Assembly (NCBI GenBank): GCA_951406725.2
Contig: OX597830.1
Coordinates: forward strand, 23,126,001 to 23,190,000
Direction: 5' to 3'
Source: Octopus vulgaris
Taxonomy: Eukaryota
DNA: 64,000 nt
Shown here piece after piece: positions 24,691 through 38,690 of the stretch. The notes under the pieces were generated by a model. The model saw nothing but the letters and a program-made list of their open reading frames with translations, was not told where the DNA came from and ran no database searches. Position 1 is the first letter of the stretch. The number at the start of each line of letters is the position of its first letter. Position numbers and translations under genes: made by a program.

Positions 24691-25991
24691 TGGAGTTTTG
24701 TGTCTGTGGGACAACATTGTAGTTGTACCAACAAAGGGCTGTACCTGGAGAACGTACGGTGGTATCTATGTTAGAAGATTTGTTACTAGAAGGTGTGGTT
24801 TGGTGCCTATGTTTTGAGGTCTACGTCTACGAGGTGTGCGTGGTACCCTGCATCTGGCGGTCTATGTCTACCAAAGTGTGGTGAGATAGCAGTGGTACTG
24901 ATACCACTACATGCAATATGTGTAGGTCTGTGGAGAGTGAATGTATTACAATAGTTGTTATAGCTGTTCAGCTTTAGGTCAGCTCTGTAGAGCAGACCTA
25001 CGATGAAAGAGACTCCAGCCGTGACCATTCCATCTCTTTTCTATGAGCAAGGAACCCAAGCACTATCTTATCCAATGTGACCTTTTTAAAACGGCAGGTT
25101 GTGATTTGAGGGGAATTTAGCTGCTAATTCTAGCAGGTTGAATGACCATGTAAAACTTTTCTTCGTTGGCTGGTAGTGCTTATGATGGTGGCATGTGTGT
25201 GTGTATGTGTGTGTTTGTCCCCCACCACCGCATGACAACCGATATTGGTGTGTTTACGTCCCATTACATAGTGCTTCGGCAAAAGAAACCAATAGAATAA
25301 GCACCAGGCTTTAAAAGCAAATTAATAAGAACTCGGATCGATTCGTTCGACTAAAATTCAAGGCGGAACTCCAGCATGGCCGCAGTCTAATGAGTGAAAC
25401 AAGTAAAAGAGATAAAAAGGATATACTCTTATCTGTGTGTGTGTGTGTGTGACAGTGAGTAATATATTGCCGTGAGATTGTACGTAACAGTAGGAAGAGT
25501 GATGTGGCGTGTCATACCCTCGGGTGGGATGGCGCGCGTGTGGTCAGTAGAGTCGTGTGTGGCAATTAGGGTGTGGGTATAAAGTTATTATAACTGTAAC
25601 GAGAGTTGTGTGCTGTGACTGAAGAAGCGGCACTGGTGAATGCTTACGGAAGAATTGGCTTGCGAGGGTCTGTATAGGGTTAATGTGTGGGTGTATATAC
25701 AATACGCACACACATGTATATATATATATGTGTGTGTGCGTGAATGTATGTGATATGTATTAATGTGTGTTTATGTGTGTGTGTATATATATATATATAT
25801 GTAAGTATGCGTGTGTGTAATAGCGGGTGATGTGTGCGATAGTGCGTATAATTGCAGTAATAGAAGAGAGGATTGATGGGGCGACAGTAAAGAGAGAGTT
25901 AATGAAAAAGACTATTTGTTAGAGAAGCGAGAGAAAGACAAAGGGGGAAACTGAGGGAGTGAGTCAGAAAAATAAGGAAAAATAGAAAAGA

Positions 25992-26022
<31 letters not shown>

Positions 26023-29000
26023 CGGTAGAAGAAAGGTAGAGAGAGAAATTGTGGAAGGAAGGCAGGAAAGTGAAAGTAAAATAGGGGACAGAGGGAGTGT
26101 GTGGCAGAAATAAGGAAACAAAGTGAGTGAGGGAGAGAGAGAGAGAGAGAGAGAAGAATTAGTGAAGCGACATTATCAAAAACTGAAAAGAAAAAAAAAA
26201 ATTTGAGTGAAAGAAAATAAAAAATGAAAATCCATCTTGTGCCATCAATCCATTTCCAAACTAATGGATAATTATAGATTTTTTGGCTACTTCCATCTTG
26301 GCTGATGATGGAGCGGACATGATGGAGAGGTTCAAGATAAAATTGGACAATCAACAGCAGCTGGTGGTGGTGGTAGGAGGTGAATAGAGATGTGTAGAGA
26401 GGACATTAGTAGCAGACAAGAGGTGCAGGGGGGAGGAGACTATTGTAGAGAGGACATAGGAGACACGATGGTGGTGTTGGCGTTGTAGAGAGGAGAGTAG
26501 TAGTTGACAGGTAGTGGTGGCGATGGCGGTGATAGCGGAAAAAGAAGTGACAGACAAAAAGTGATAGAGAGGGCAAAGGCAGCTGACAGGTGGTGGTGGT
26601 GGCGATGGTGGTAGTAGGGAGGGAAGTGAGAGTAGAAGTGGTGGAGAGGGGAGCAGTAGGCAACATGTGGTAGTGGTGGCGTTGGCGTAGAGAAGCCGGG
26701 GAGAGTGTGGTGAAGACGGTGGTGGTTGGCAGTGGCGGAGAGAGAAGTGATAGTGAAAGTAGCAGGCGGCAGGGTGGCGGTGGTGGTGTAGATACAGAGG
26801 ACAGTCGACAGGTAGTGGCATTTGTGTAGAGACGACAGGCAGGGGGAGAGGGTGGAGATGGAAGTGACAGTGGATGTAATGTAGTGGGGGAGAAGCAAAC
26901 GACAATTGATGGTGGTGGTGGTCGAGAGGACCGTAGCGATGGATAGAAGAGGACTAATGGGTGACAGCTGATTTACAAAATAGAGGGCTTGTAGGGTAGA
27001 CAGTAGAGACTGATGGTGGACAGCGGAAGATGAGGGATGGTAATAGCGTTTGTAGTGGAGGTGGGGGAATAGAGGCAGAAAATAGATAGCTGGGGGGACA
27101 GGAGGAAGAGGAAACTGGTGACTGGCAGATGAGGCGGATTGGGGGTTGTAGAGAAAGAAAGATAAACAAAGCAGGGCTTTAGACATCAAACTCCAATAAA
27201 AAAAAAGAAAAACAAAGGGAAAAACACAACGTTTGACCTCAGTGACATTTGAACTCAAATCGCTGAGAGCCGGAACAAACAGCACAAGGCATTGTATCCG
27301 GGGTTTTGTAACTACTCCAGCAACTGCCGATTCTCCGCTTTGCCTTTTTTCTTTTTTTCTCTTTTGTTGTTGTTAAAAAAAATCAACGTGAAAGACCAAA
27401 CATGCAGGTGACTGTCTTATTGCTCCGTTTGATTTGTGAAATTGTCTTCGTCTTGTAAAACTTGGAAATATTTAAGTTTTTAATAAACCAGAGTTCGCTT
27501 TCTTCTCCTTCCCATCACCAAAATATCAAGCGATTGTAAACAAGTGATGGTGAAGTTGTGAAAGAGATAGTGACAGATGGTGGAAAAAGTGAAGTGATTG
27601 AAGGCTGGACAGTGGAAGATAACCGGCATCAGTAAGAGGAGATGGCTGTGGGTCAGAAAAGCAGCCAAAAAGACTCTTGTGGGCCTAATTTCACAGTAAA
27701 GAATGAATATGGTGCCAAACCAAATATTTGACCTGGAAATGGCTCGGATTTCTGGGTTTTTTAATTTCTCGAGACAGCCTAAATACACACTTAAAATATA
27801 CATTACACTATAGAAAAATAAATAAACCACTAAATTGTTATTTATCAGATTAAAATTAATACACTTCTAAAGCAGGATCCATTTGGTATATATTAATTTA
27901 CTTAAAATTCACACACATATCATATTGCACCATGCATACAGTATAATGGTTATAGGACAAAAATTTAAATGAAGAAAAGCCAAGAACTAAATCTAATGTA
28001 CACATTAATCCTTTGTAAAGCAGATTATGTTAGTATGTCGTCTTTATCAATGGAAATAAAAACCTGCAGAACAAACCTATTTTAACACACCGCATGCAAA
28101 TTAATCAACTTCAAAAACAGGGTCTCTTTACTCAATGCAGGGCAAAAACATACTGCGCCAGTATTCCTGGCTTTCTGGAAGGTGAATAAAAGGTCCTGTA
28201 CCTTATTTATTTATTCAGTCATGCACGATGTTATATTAGTTTAGTAGCCAGTGTTAAGTTGTAAACCTTGCAGTAATATGTAAATGAGCTGAGCCTAGGC
28301 ATACACTCGTTTACATTTTAATAAGTATGTAGCAGATTTGGAACCGAATTGCTGGATAACTGTACATATACCACGGCAAGGTCACTGTTGTTTCACGTGA
28401 TCGGCCGATTAACCAACCAACCAACCAAAGTCAAGCCATCATATAATCCGACTCTCTAGAACCTTCCAATGAGCCTTATAAAACGGTAGATTTTTGGCGG
28501 TAACTTCAGAGCGTTGAGGCGGTTGTTATAGCATCTCCATACTTATTTTCGGTTCACCAGCTACAGATTTTAGCATCATTAAGTTAATACGATTATTTTC
28601 CCCAGTTGTGATGGGCTAATCACAGGCTGATATGTACCAGTTATTTTGTCGTAGATTCCTTCCAGCAGTATGTTTCTCCCATTAGATATAAATTGTCGCT
28701 TTTATTTGTCACCCAAACACCAACGCAGAAAAAATTATATGCAGCAAATACAGCTTCTGTTAATTGTTCGTGAGTGTTGTTACTCATTTTTACACGCAGC
28801 CCTAGAACAACATTTTCATTTCCCACTAACATCAATGTATAAACTACAACACAACATATAAGTATTATCTTGCTAAAAAAAAAGGTGATGGCAAAATGAG
28901 GAGGTAAATTTTGACCTAGATTAAAATCTGAATTTGGAACATAGAGGTGTTAAAGCTTAGGATAAAATGAAATCAACCCTAGTATTTAAATGGTACTTAA

Positions 29001-31494
29001 GAAACGCAGCGGGGCGACCAAGCCAGACGACGAATGTATGTAACTAAACAACTAACTGAATCAAATGGTGCTTGTTTTAGAGACCCCCACCTCCAAGAGA
29101 ATGGATGGAGAAGGTAAATTTTGACCTAGATTAAAAACTGAATTTGGAACATAGAGGAATGTAACTAAATGAAACATAATTAGTAGCATAGTAACATGGG
29201 TTAGATTGTTGAAGTCATGGTCGTATGTTTGTGGGTTCGACTCCTGGACCAGATCGGACTGGATGAACCTTGTGTTATTTTTTTTTTGGTTTTTACGTTG
29301 CTCCAGTTCACCAAAATGAAAATGAGCCCTATCTACCGTCGACCGCAGAGATTCAGAAACTGAGAAGTACCAGATCCCCACCACCGCAGCCACAAGCTTT
29401 ATTGTGTGGCCCCTCCCACTCCTTATTAATAAGAAGTCAAAATAGAATTCATATTCATATAATACCGCTTTCTTCGTCAGTTAAAAAATATTTAAAACCA
29501 TCTTAATTTTATTAAACATGGTAATTTGTTCGCCGTTCACCTCCCCTTTTGAATTCTCACAACCCCCGACTCCTTCTGAGAAACATTGGTCTACTGAAGA
29601 GTGGTGCATCACAGACTAATTAACCTGTTAATGAGCTGTGTTTGATGTAGTCTTGTTTACATCTCTATAAAGTGCCTTCTGCTACCGTTCGGCATTTTAG
29701 TAGCAATAGTAGAGTAGTAGCAGCAGCAGCAATAGTAGTAGTAGGAAGAGTAGCGGGGAGAGGTTAGAGAGCCTTGATGGTTCATTAACAAACAATAAAA
29801 TCGAGGCGGTGAATTGGTAGAGTCATTAGAACGTCGGTGTTCATGCCAGCTCTCTTTGCTTCGAGTTCAAACTCTGGTGAGGTCACTTTTTGCCTTTCAT
29901 CCTTTCAGGGTCCATAAATAAAGTAAAAGAAGGCTATTTTCCCCCCTCTCCCTTTTACATTCGATCTGGTTTTTAAAAGGCTAAAGACATGCTGTATTTC
30001 TCGGCATATCATTCATGATTATGTCTGGAGGGTTCAATCAAAAGCAAAATGAAAACAAAAACTGGGTTAGGGTTCTCAAAATGCAATCATATACAATGTG
30101 CACTGAACATTTTTTTAACATTTCAGGGATTCTCCATTTGAGGTTTCTGAACTGAAAATATGCACACAATATCATTTAGCTATGGAATATATACACACAA
30201 ATAATAATGCTGAACACACATGTATTTGTATAGTAACGTGACGTGCATACCCACTACACTAGTGTAAGTTTATTCACTCACACACATGTATACACACATA
30301 TCAACTTATACTCATAACCATAAAATCCAAGAATTGTTTTGACTTAAACATCGTTACTTTCTTGGTTTGAATTCTGTAAGGGATAAAACTTGAATGAATC
30401 CCAGAGGAAAACGTATGTTCACACATAGGATAAAGACCTTTCAGTTTCCGACTACCAAATCCACTCACAAGGATTTGGTCGACCCAAGGCCACAGTAGAA
30501 GACACTTTCTCAAGGTGCTACACAGTGGGACTGAATCCGGAACCATGTGGTTGAGAAGCAAGCTTCTTACCACACAGCCATATTTTATAATTGAATATTG
30601 TTAGGAATTGTACAAAAAAATTGTAACATTATATGTACTGTAAAAGTAAAACCAATTTATTGCACATAAACTTTAACAACAAAATCTTATACGCCCCCCC
30701 CCCCCGGGTTAAGAACCTTTAAGTTGGACAGATAAATGTTTTCTGGAATAAGAGTTGTTATGGGCATTTGCTGATGGGTGTGTGTAAGTGTGTGTAAAGA
30801 GAAAAGGTTTTAGTGCATTAAAATATGGAACATTTAAAGCAATCCAGCAGTACATTAGAAAACATTACAAAAATACCTTAGCTACAACAGAAAATGTTAC
30901 TGTGTATAAAAAGTATTTTAGCGGTACAGCTGAACATAAAGCATAGAAAGTGAAAATATCCTATATGATTATAGTAATAAAACACACAAGATAAAAAAAA
31001 GAAAAAAAAAAACAAGTTTATGGGTGGCCCCCACTTTGTATAAAGGTCCTGAGGTGATGTTTAGAGACTTTTTTTCAGGAGGGAAAAAAATACAGCTTAT
31101 ATGCCATCAAATGCAGTTTATGTCTGCATGTATAGCTTGAGTTTTTGTCTGGATGTGAGCGTGTGCAATTTTGTTTGTATGGGCGGGGTAAGTATATGCT
31201 TATATGTCTGTGTGCGGAAATACGTGTTTGTGTTCTTGTGTGAACATGTATATGTATGTATGCACATGCAGCAATATGCATGTGTACAAACATGTATGCA
31301 TGCGTTTGTGTGTAAATGTATGTATATATGTGTGTGTGTGTGGGGGTGTATTTGCATGTATATGTTTATATGCGCTTTTGGATGTTTGTATGTGTGTGTG
31401 TCTGTGTTTCTGTGTACATGCATGTGTTTGTATGTATATATATATATGTCTTTTCTGCATGGATGCGCGTTGGTATGTGTGTATGTTTATATAT

Positions 31495-31528
<34 letters not shown>

Positions 31529-32419
31529 GTGTGTGGAAGTATATGCATGTGTATCTTTAAGTATATGAAGTGTGTGTATGTTTTATTGTGCACATTTATT
31601 GTATGTGTGTGTGTAAGCAATAGGGTGTAACGTGTTATTGTGTGTATGCATATGTGCTCGTATATAAATGTATTCAAGTATATGCATATGAGATTATACA
31701 TGTGTTTGCATATATGTATGAGCAGTCACACATACACGCGCACAAAGACAATCATGTTCACCATCCCTATTGTAATGGATATCATAGATAGTAGATGTTT
31801 GTTTAATGAGATAAATTAACCTTATTTATTACAAGAATGATGGGAAACGGAAAAAAACACGCCCAGTCAATCAATCTATCTATCCATCTATCTATCTATC
31901 TAGCTATCTATCGAGCTATTACTCATCATATCTATCATCAATTATAAACAAGAACACGTCGTTCTCTTTCTATCTCTCCCTATGTACACACACATACACA
32001 TACATGTATGAGTGTATATACATCCATATACTCACTAACTCATCAGAAATACTAATACCTACATATTTATAAGCTGAGCTGCAGTTCCACTATCTAATGT
32101 GACCTAAATTCGAAATCACAACAAACAGTAAACGAGAACTAAGATAATCAAAAGAAATTTCTAGAACAAAATTCCAAATGAATTCTTTCAGTTCAGGTAT
32201 GGGAATTGGTGTAGATCTGTATGTATACATAACATACATACAGGTGTGGCTGTGTGGTAAGAAGCTTGCTTCCCAACCTCACGTTTCCGGATTCAGTCCC
32301 ACTGCGTGACATCTTGGGCAAGTGTCATCTACTATATCGCCTTGGGCAGACCAAAGCCTTGGGAGGAGATTTGGTGGATGGAAATTGAAAGAAGCCCATC
32401 GTATATATATATTCATCAC

Positions 32420-32462
32420 AACTGCCCGACGAACTGAAACGGGGAAACACTGGGTAGCAGTT
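32420..32462 (+). ncRNA. Hammerhead-like motif, CCGACGA core
   Basis: AACUGC CCGACGA A CUG-AAA-CGG G GAAAC ACUGG GUA GCAGUU: 6-bp stem I and GUA cleavage triplet. Confidence 0.6.
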
Positions 32463-32668
32463 TTATGAAAACTTTGAAGTTTTAATAAGCACATATTAAT
32501 CTACCTTTGGTATTCGAGTACTATTTCTTCCCACCTTGTTTTGCATTTATGTGCTTACTCACTCGTGCGTGCGTGTGTGTGTGTGTGTATGTGCATATAT
32601 GTATGTGTGTATTATGATTTCGCTTAGGTATAGCGACAGTGATAACTAGCATTTATTATAGCTGTATT

Positions 32669-32836
32669 GGTGACCCTTCGGTATACGTACCCTAAGTGGC
32701 TTTGTTTACATTTCAGAAGATAACAGAAACCCTTTTCTCCCACCCCTAAACCCAATCCTAACACCCCCCCCCCCTCATATATATAAAAACAAACACTTTC
32801 TTGAAATGTATCCGGTACGTATACCGAAGTTACGCC
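32669..32836. mobile_element. 168-bp MITE with GG..CC ends, probably Merlin-like
   Basis: Imperfect TIRs sharing cttcggtatacgtacc. Exact 8-bp TSD gctgtatt. Internal cccctaaacccaatcctaac. Confidence 0.8.
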
Positions 32837-32869
32837 GCTGTATTTAAATGTTTTCCGAAACCAACATAC

Positions 32870-32968
32870 ATTTCATTTTAATGCCTCTGACGAATCTATA
32901 ACATGCTGCACAAGCATCCTTAACTGAGTACATTACTTACAGCAGAAACAACTGTAAGCTAATGAAAT
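32870..32968 (+). ncRNA. Extended type-I hammerhead-like motif with canonical CUGACGA core
   Basis: Core 32887-32893 and GAAAC-AACU-GUA at 32945-32956. Distal stem I AUUUCAUU/AAUGAAAU. Long branched stem II. Confidence 0.6.
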
Positions 32969-33059
32969 TGATAACGTAATTCCTGTTTCCTTGTCATTCA
33001 ATAATATACATATGAGTGGGTGCTGAACAATTCCTGAATTGAAGAGTACTGTGAAAGGC

Positions 33060-33225
33060 CTGTTTGGAGACCCAACCTCCCAAGTTCTTATACAGGGCTT
33101 AGAAAAACTGAAGGGCCGCTGCAATAAGTGTGTGAATCTGAGAGGGGAAACATGTTGAATAAAATCATAATTAACTGATTCTCCTGTATTTTCTGTTACC
33201 TGAAGCCAGGGACTTTTCAACACCT
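33060..33225 (+). mobile_element. Mariner 3' fragment
   Basis: GLEKLKGRCNKCVNLRG.HVE* C-terminus followed by TIR-like gccagggacttttcaacacc. Confidence 0.65.
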
Positions 33226-33227
33226 AT

Positions 33228-33293
<66 letters not shown>

Positions 33294-33310
33294 ATGTGCG
33301 GGTTAGTTGG

Positions 33311-33382
<72 letters not shown>

Positions 33383-33436
33383 TTATAATGTATTTTACAT
33401 ATTTTATATGCATACTCATATATATATATATGTATG

Positions 33437-33502
<66 letters not shown>

Positions 33503-33601
33503 CTTATGTCTCTGCATATATAAGCATTTGTACACCACAGGCGTTTGCATATATAAACATGTACACCATGTGTGTGCATGCATAAATATTTATATACACA
33601 C

Positions 33602-35156
33602 TTACACGATTGTTTTGTGTTTATGTAACACGCACATACAGATTCATACGTATACACTATATATGTACACATGCCTGTGTACATATACACACAACACATG
33701 TAGTGATACATGCATTCCTATACACATACACAAACGTTTAGAGCGACACAAGGTGTGAGAAAAATACATATTGATAAGTTTATGGGATTATTAAAGACCG
33801 TGTTAATCTAATTAAGATATAAACTCGTTAATAACATATCTGCCTAATTAGTGGCAAAGTGACAAATATATATAATAATTATTGTCATAGTTAATTACTG
33901 TTACTGACGAGCTAGGCATAGTTAATGTTTTATTGATATTGCTGTAGTTGTTATTGTTGTTGTTACTGATGCAAGAGTTGTCATATTGTCGTTGTTACAG
34001 TCGTTGTTCAAAAGTATTCTAAGTGAGGTTGGGAATATGCGTGGCTTAGTGGTTAGGGAAATCAGATCACGATGGTAAGGTCGAGAGTTCGATTCCTGGT
34101 GGCATGTTGTGTCAAGACACTTTATGTCACGCTGCTGGCAAAATTGATGTAGTACCATAAATCCTCGAGTATAATCCGCATTTTCCCCCAAAATTTAAAG
34201 GTCAAAATCCCTAGTGCGTACTATATACGAGGTTAAAAATGAAAATTATTTTCTAAGTAACGTTCAAGTCTCTATTTGCTGTCCGGCAATGTTTATTCAG
34301 ACGCATTTTGTGATGTCGGGCGTGAAAATACCTTAAATCATCCATAACTTGCAGTAAGCAACATTTATCAAACATTACACGATTGTTTTGTGTTTATGTA
34401 ACACGCACATACAGATTCATACGTATACACTATATATGTACACATGCCTGTGTACATATACACACAACACATGTAGTGATACATGCATTCCTATACACAT
34501 ACACAAACGTTTAGAGCGACACAAGGTGTGAGAAAAATACATATTGATAAGTTTATGGGATTATTAAAGACCGTGTTAATCTAATTAAGATATAAACTCG
34601 TTAATAACATATCTGCCTAATTAGTGGCAAAGTGACAAATATATATAATAATTATTGTCATAGTTAATTACTGTTACTGACGAGCTAGGCATAGTTAATG
34701 TTTTATTGATATTGCTGTAGTTGTTATTGTTGTTGTTACTGATGCAAGAGTTGTCATATTGTCATTGTTGTTACAGTCGTTGTTCAAAAGTATTGCAAGT
34801 GTGGTTGGGAATGTGCGTGGCTTAGTGGTTAGGGAAATCAGATCACAATGGTAAGGTCGAGAGTTCGATTCCTGGTGGCACGTTGTGTCCTTGAGCAAGA
34901 CCCTTTATGTCACGCTGCTGGCAAAATTGAGTACTACCATAAATCCTCGAGTATAATCCGCATTTTCCCCCAAAATTTAAAGGTCAAAATCCCTAGTGCG
35001 TACTATATACGAGGTTAAAAATGAAAATTATTTTCTAAGTAATGTTCAAGTCTCTATTTGCTGTCCGGCAATGTTTATTCAGACGCATTTTGTGATGTCG
35101 GGCGTGAAAATACCTTAAATCATCCATAACTTGCAGTAAGCAACATTTATCAAACA
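33602..35156. repeat. Tandem duplication of ~775 bp (33602-34374 and 34375-35156)
   Basis: Near-identical copies, with tta microhomology at the junction. Confidence 0.95.
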
Positions 35157-35415
35157 TTATTACTGTTATTTCTTTATTTTCTGCAAACAAAATGTATAAA
35201 AAAGCTACTCGTTTGCATTATGTTATATATACAATAATAATAAAGGACGTTACCGTATACATTTTTACAAACGAAAGACATTATTTAGACCTCTTTGACT
35301 CAAGTTAGAGAAGGGGTGCGTATTATACACAGGGTTTAGGTGTTTCAGAGGTACAGCCACCTAAAAATCCCCTACGTATTATACTCAAGGGCAGACTATA
35401 CTCGAGGATTTACGG
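34937..35415. mobile_element. Non-autonomous pogo/Tc2-like element inserted into a family-C SINE
   Basis: TA|CC(A/G)TAAATCCTCGAGTATA ... TATACTCGAGGATTTACGG|TA. SINE head at 34810-34934 resumes at 35416. Confidence 0.8.
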
Positions 35416-36005
35416 TATCTGTAATTCAAAAGGACATTCTGTGTCATGCTGAATCTGTTAGAGAATTACGTTAAGGGTATGCATGTCTGTGGAGTGCTCA
35501 ACCACTTGCACAATAATTTCACGAGCAGGCTGTTCGGTTGATTGAACACTAGTTGTCGTAACCGATGGATGAAATTAGTGATGCTGTGTTCACATTAGAA
35601 AACCTTATGTTAGATATAAGAACAGCCAGCTGGTCACAAAGAGTTCTCTGTCTTCCCAGTGCTAAATTTAGGCAGAACCACTACCACCACAGAACATAGC
35701 CCCACGATCGACTAACGGCATGGACGTTTTCAATTTTTGTGGGGCCAGGTGTTAATTTTGTAACAAGGGGCTTTACAGCTTTATATAGCTTAGGGCCTCA
35801 TCAAGAGTAAATTTACCATGTGTACAAAAGCCAATAGCTAACGTTTACCTTGTGAGTGGGAATCTGGTACAGTGGAAACTGTGTAGACGCCCATCATGTA
35901 TATATATTTTGTATGCTTACATCTGTATGTGTGAGTACATACATATATATATATGAACTATTTATACACACACACACACATATATATATAAACTAGGTCT
36001 ATATG

Positions 36006-36039
<34 letters not shown>

Positions 36040-37828
36040 TGTACGGAGATAGATAGATAGACAGAGAGAGAGAGAAAGAAAGAGAGTGAGAGAGAGTGAA
36101 CAGAGCAATGTCTGTTCGTCAGAATTAGTGGCATTATATATGTGTGTCAATGGTTTATAGAAACAAGACCTTCAGTGGAAGTTGGACAATATTACAGAGT
36201 AGTCTTGGATGCATGCATGCAATGTATGTATGTATGAATATATATATATGTATGTATGGATATGCATGTATGTATGTATGTATGTATGAGTTTCCTCTCA
36301 AACTGCAATATGTTGCGATCATATGGCAATATCTAAGGAACCAGTTGTTTTATTATTATTATAAGTAACACTCTTCCCTTGGTATTGAGTACATAGAAAT
36401 TTGAATTCAAATTCCTATGGCCAAAGATTAGCACCACACTTGAAACTTAGAGTACCAAGGAATTTCAATCAAACTGTTTTGATCCATACATGTAACTCCC
36501 AATAAATGTGTTGAATGCCCTTCATTCGTTTGTCTGTCTGTGTGTGTGTGTATAGAGAGAGAGGGGGAGAGGAGAATGAGAGAAGGAGAGAGGAGTAGAA
36601 ATACAAGTTCTTCGAAGACAGTTTTTCACCATAAATTTATATGTATCCAACCAGGAAATCGTCCATATTTACTAGTATATATCTCCTTGTGTTTTTCTGT
36701 TTAAACAACAATATTCAGCTCGATAGGAGGAAGTGAGATAAAAACAAATCTGGAGTGACAAATCCGAAAGCGGATTCATGATTATAAGAAGATAAGCGAG
36801 GAAACCGCACAAGAAGATAAACTCCGGATCAGAAAAGTTAAATACAACAATGACGAGATAAAACAACTTGAGTGAGCGTATAACCGACCATAACGACGTA
36901 GTTATGACTGACATCATGTATTCTTACAGTATGTCTGTCTATAATCAGCATTTGTTAATCTCTTCTTTTCCTTATTTCCTCATATTTTTCTTATATTTTT
37001 TCTTATATTTCCCTCTTACGTTATCACAACTTCGTCTTCTTAATTCTCTCCCTTACTACCACTGCCACCGCCATGTTTGATAAAGTTGGGGGGGAAAAAA
37101 ATCAACAACGTATTCTTGTATACAACATAAATTATTACATAATATTATCAGCCTTATATTAATTTAATATTAGCATCCATAAAAATCGACAGTGTGGAAA
37201 TAATCTAGCAAAAAATATATAAAAATAAAATGGAATAAAATGAAATAAAATAGAATAAAACAAACGAATGTAAAAAAAGTGCAAATGAGATAAAAATGAT
37301 TTTTTTTTTCAACCCAAAGACAAATACTTTCACCGATGGAATCCACAAATCTACTCCTGAGAATCTTGAGAACTCCCTCCACCTACCCCAGATTAAGGAA
37401 TTATGGAGGGAAGGGGAAGGGGGATGGAGGAGGGTCTGTAGAGAGAATGTATTGAGGTGCTTGTTCTTGTGTTTGCTGTAGATAGGTAGAGGTGAGGTGT
37501 AGGTAGGGTGGTGGATTGGAGAGAGCTGCAGGTGTAGGTAGTTGCAGTGGTAGTAGTAATAGGACGAGGGAGGTGAAGATGGTGGTTGTGATGGTAGGAT
37601 GCTAAAGTAAGGGTGGGCAGGATGCTGAAGGTGGTAGTGGTAAAGATGCCAAAAGTAGAGTTGTACCTGTTGAAGTAAGGGGTGGTGCGACGTCAAAGGC
37701 GGTGTAGTAGGATGCTAATGGTGGTAGTGGTGGATACAGACATCATCATCATTATCATCATTTAACATATTATGATTCTCCTTTTTGGTAAAACATTGCA
37801 ACCTGCTGTTTACATTGATTTTGTCATA

Positions 37829-37886
<58 letters not shown>

Positions 37887-38039
37887 CGGCAGTGTGGTAA
37901 ATAAGCTTGCTTACCAACCACATGGTTCCAGGTTCAGTTCCACTGTGTGGTACATTGGGCAAGTGTCTTCTACTAAAGCCACAGGCCGACTAAAAACTTG
38001 TGAGTGGATTTGGTAGATGGAAACTGAAAGAAGCCCATC

Positions 38040-38078
<39 letters not shown>

Positions 38079-38589
38079 TGTGTGTGTGTGTGTGTATGTG
38101 TATGTTTGTGTGTGTGTTCCACCAACATCACTTGACAACTGATGCTGGTGTGTTTTACGTCCCCATAACTTAGTGGTTTGGCAAAAGAGATCGATAGAAT
38201 AAGTACTAGGCTTACAAAGAATAAGTCCTGGGGGTCGATTTGCTCGACTAAAGGCAATGCTCCAGTATGGCCATAGTCAAAATGACTGAAACGAGTAAAA
38301 GAATATAATCAACAGGCTTCCGTACGATTCCAGTAAACTAGATTCACTCACAAGGCAATCGGGTGGCCTGGGGCTACAGTAGAAGGCACTTGCCCAAGGT
38401 GTTGGGCAGTGGGACTGAACCTGAAACCATGTGGTTACAAAGTGAATTTCTTAACCACATAGCCACTATAAAACCAGTGTTCGGAATGTAAACTGACATG
38501 AAATTTTGATGAAGCTAATTTAGGTTGTTTTAATGATCTAATTATTCTCTTTACTAAGAATGTACAGGAAACAGACTTCCTCAACTGCT

Positions 38590-38690
38590 TTGGGGGATCC
38601 TTAGAAGTAACAGATAACTTCTGTTACCCAGGTGGCCAAGTCAGCAGTGGAGTAGGAAGTTGTGAAAGCATAATTTCTAGAATAAGATGA
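38590..38690 (+). pseudogene. RTE-clade LINE reverse-transcriptase fragment
   Basis: GSLEVTDNFCYPGGQVSSGVGSCESIISRIR resembles the LEVV..FCYLG...S..RIR motif. Confidence 0.6.

Noticed and set aside
26335-26353. miR-219-like tgattgtccaa on the minus strand
   Set aside because: Only 11 nt match, the rest diverges and no precursor hairpin is visible.
27540-27636. Frame TSDGEVVKEIVTDGGKSEVIEGW
   Set aside because: Bounded by stops, no good splice sites; likely an effect of purine-rich composition.
36759-36875. Protein-like frame QIRKRIHDYKKISEETAQEDKLRIRKVKYNNDEIKQLE
   Set aside because: In-frame stop immediately upstream, no start codon or convincing acceptor, and no recognisable domain.
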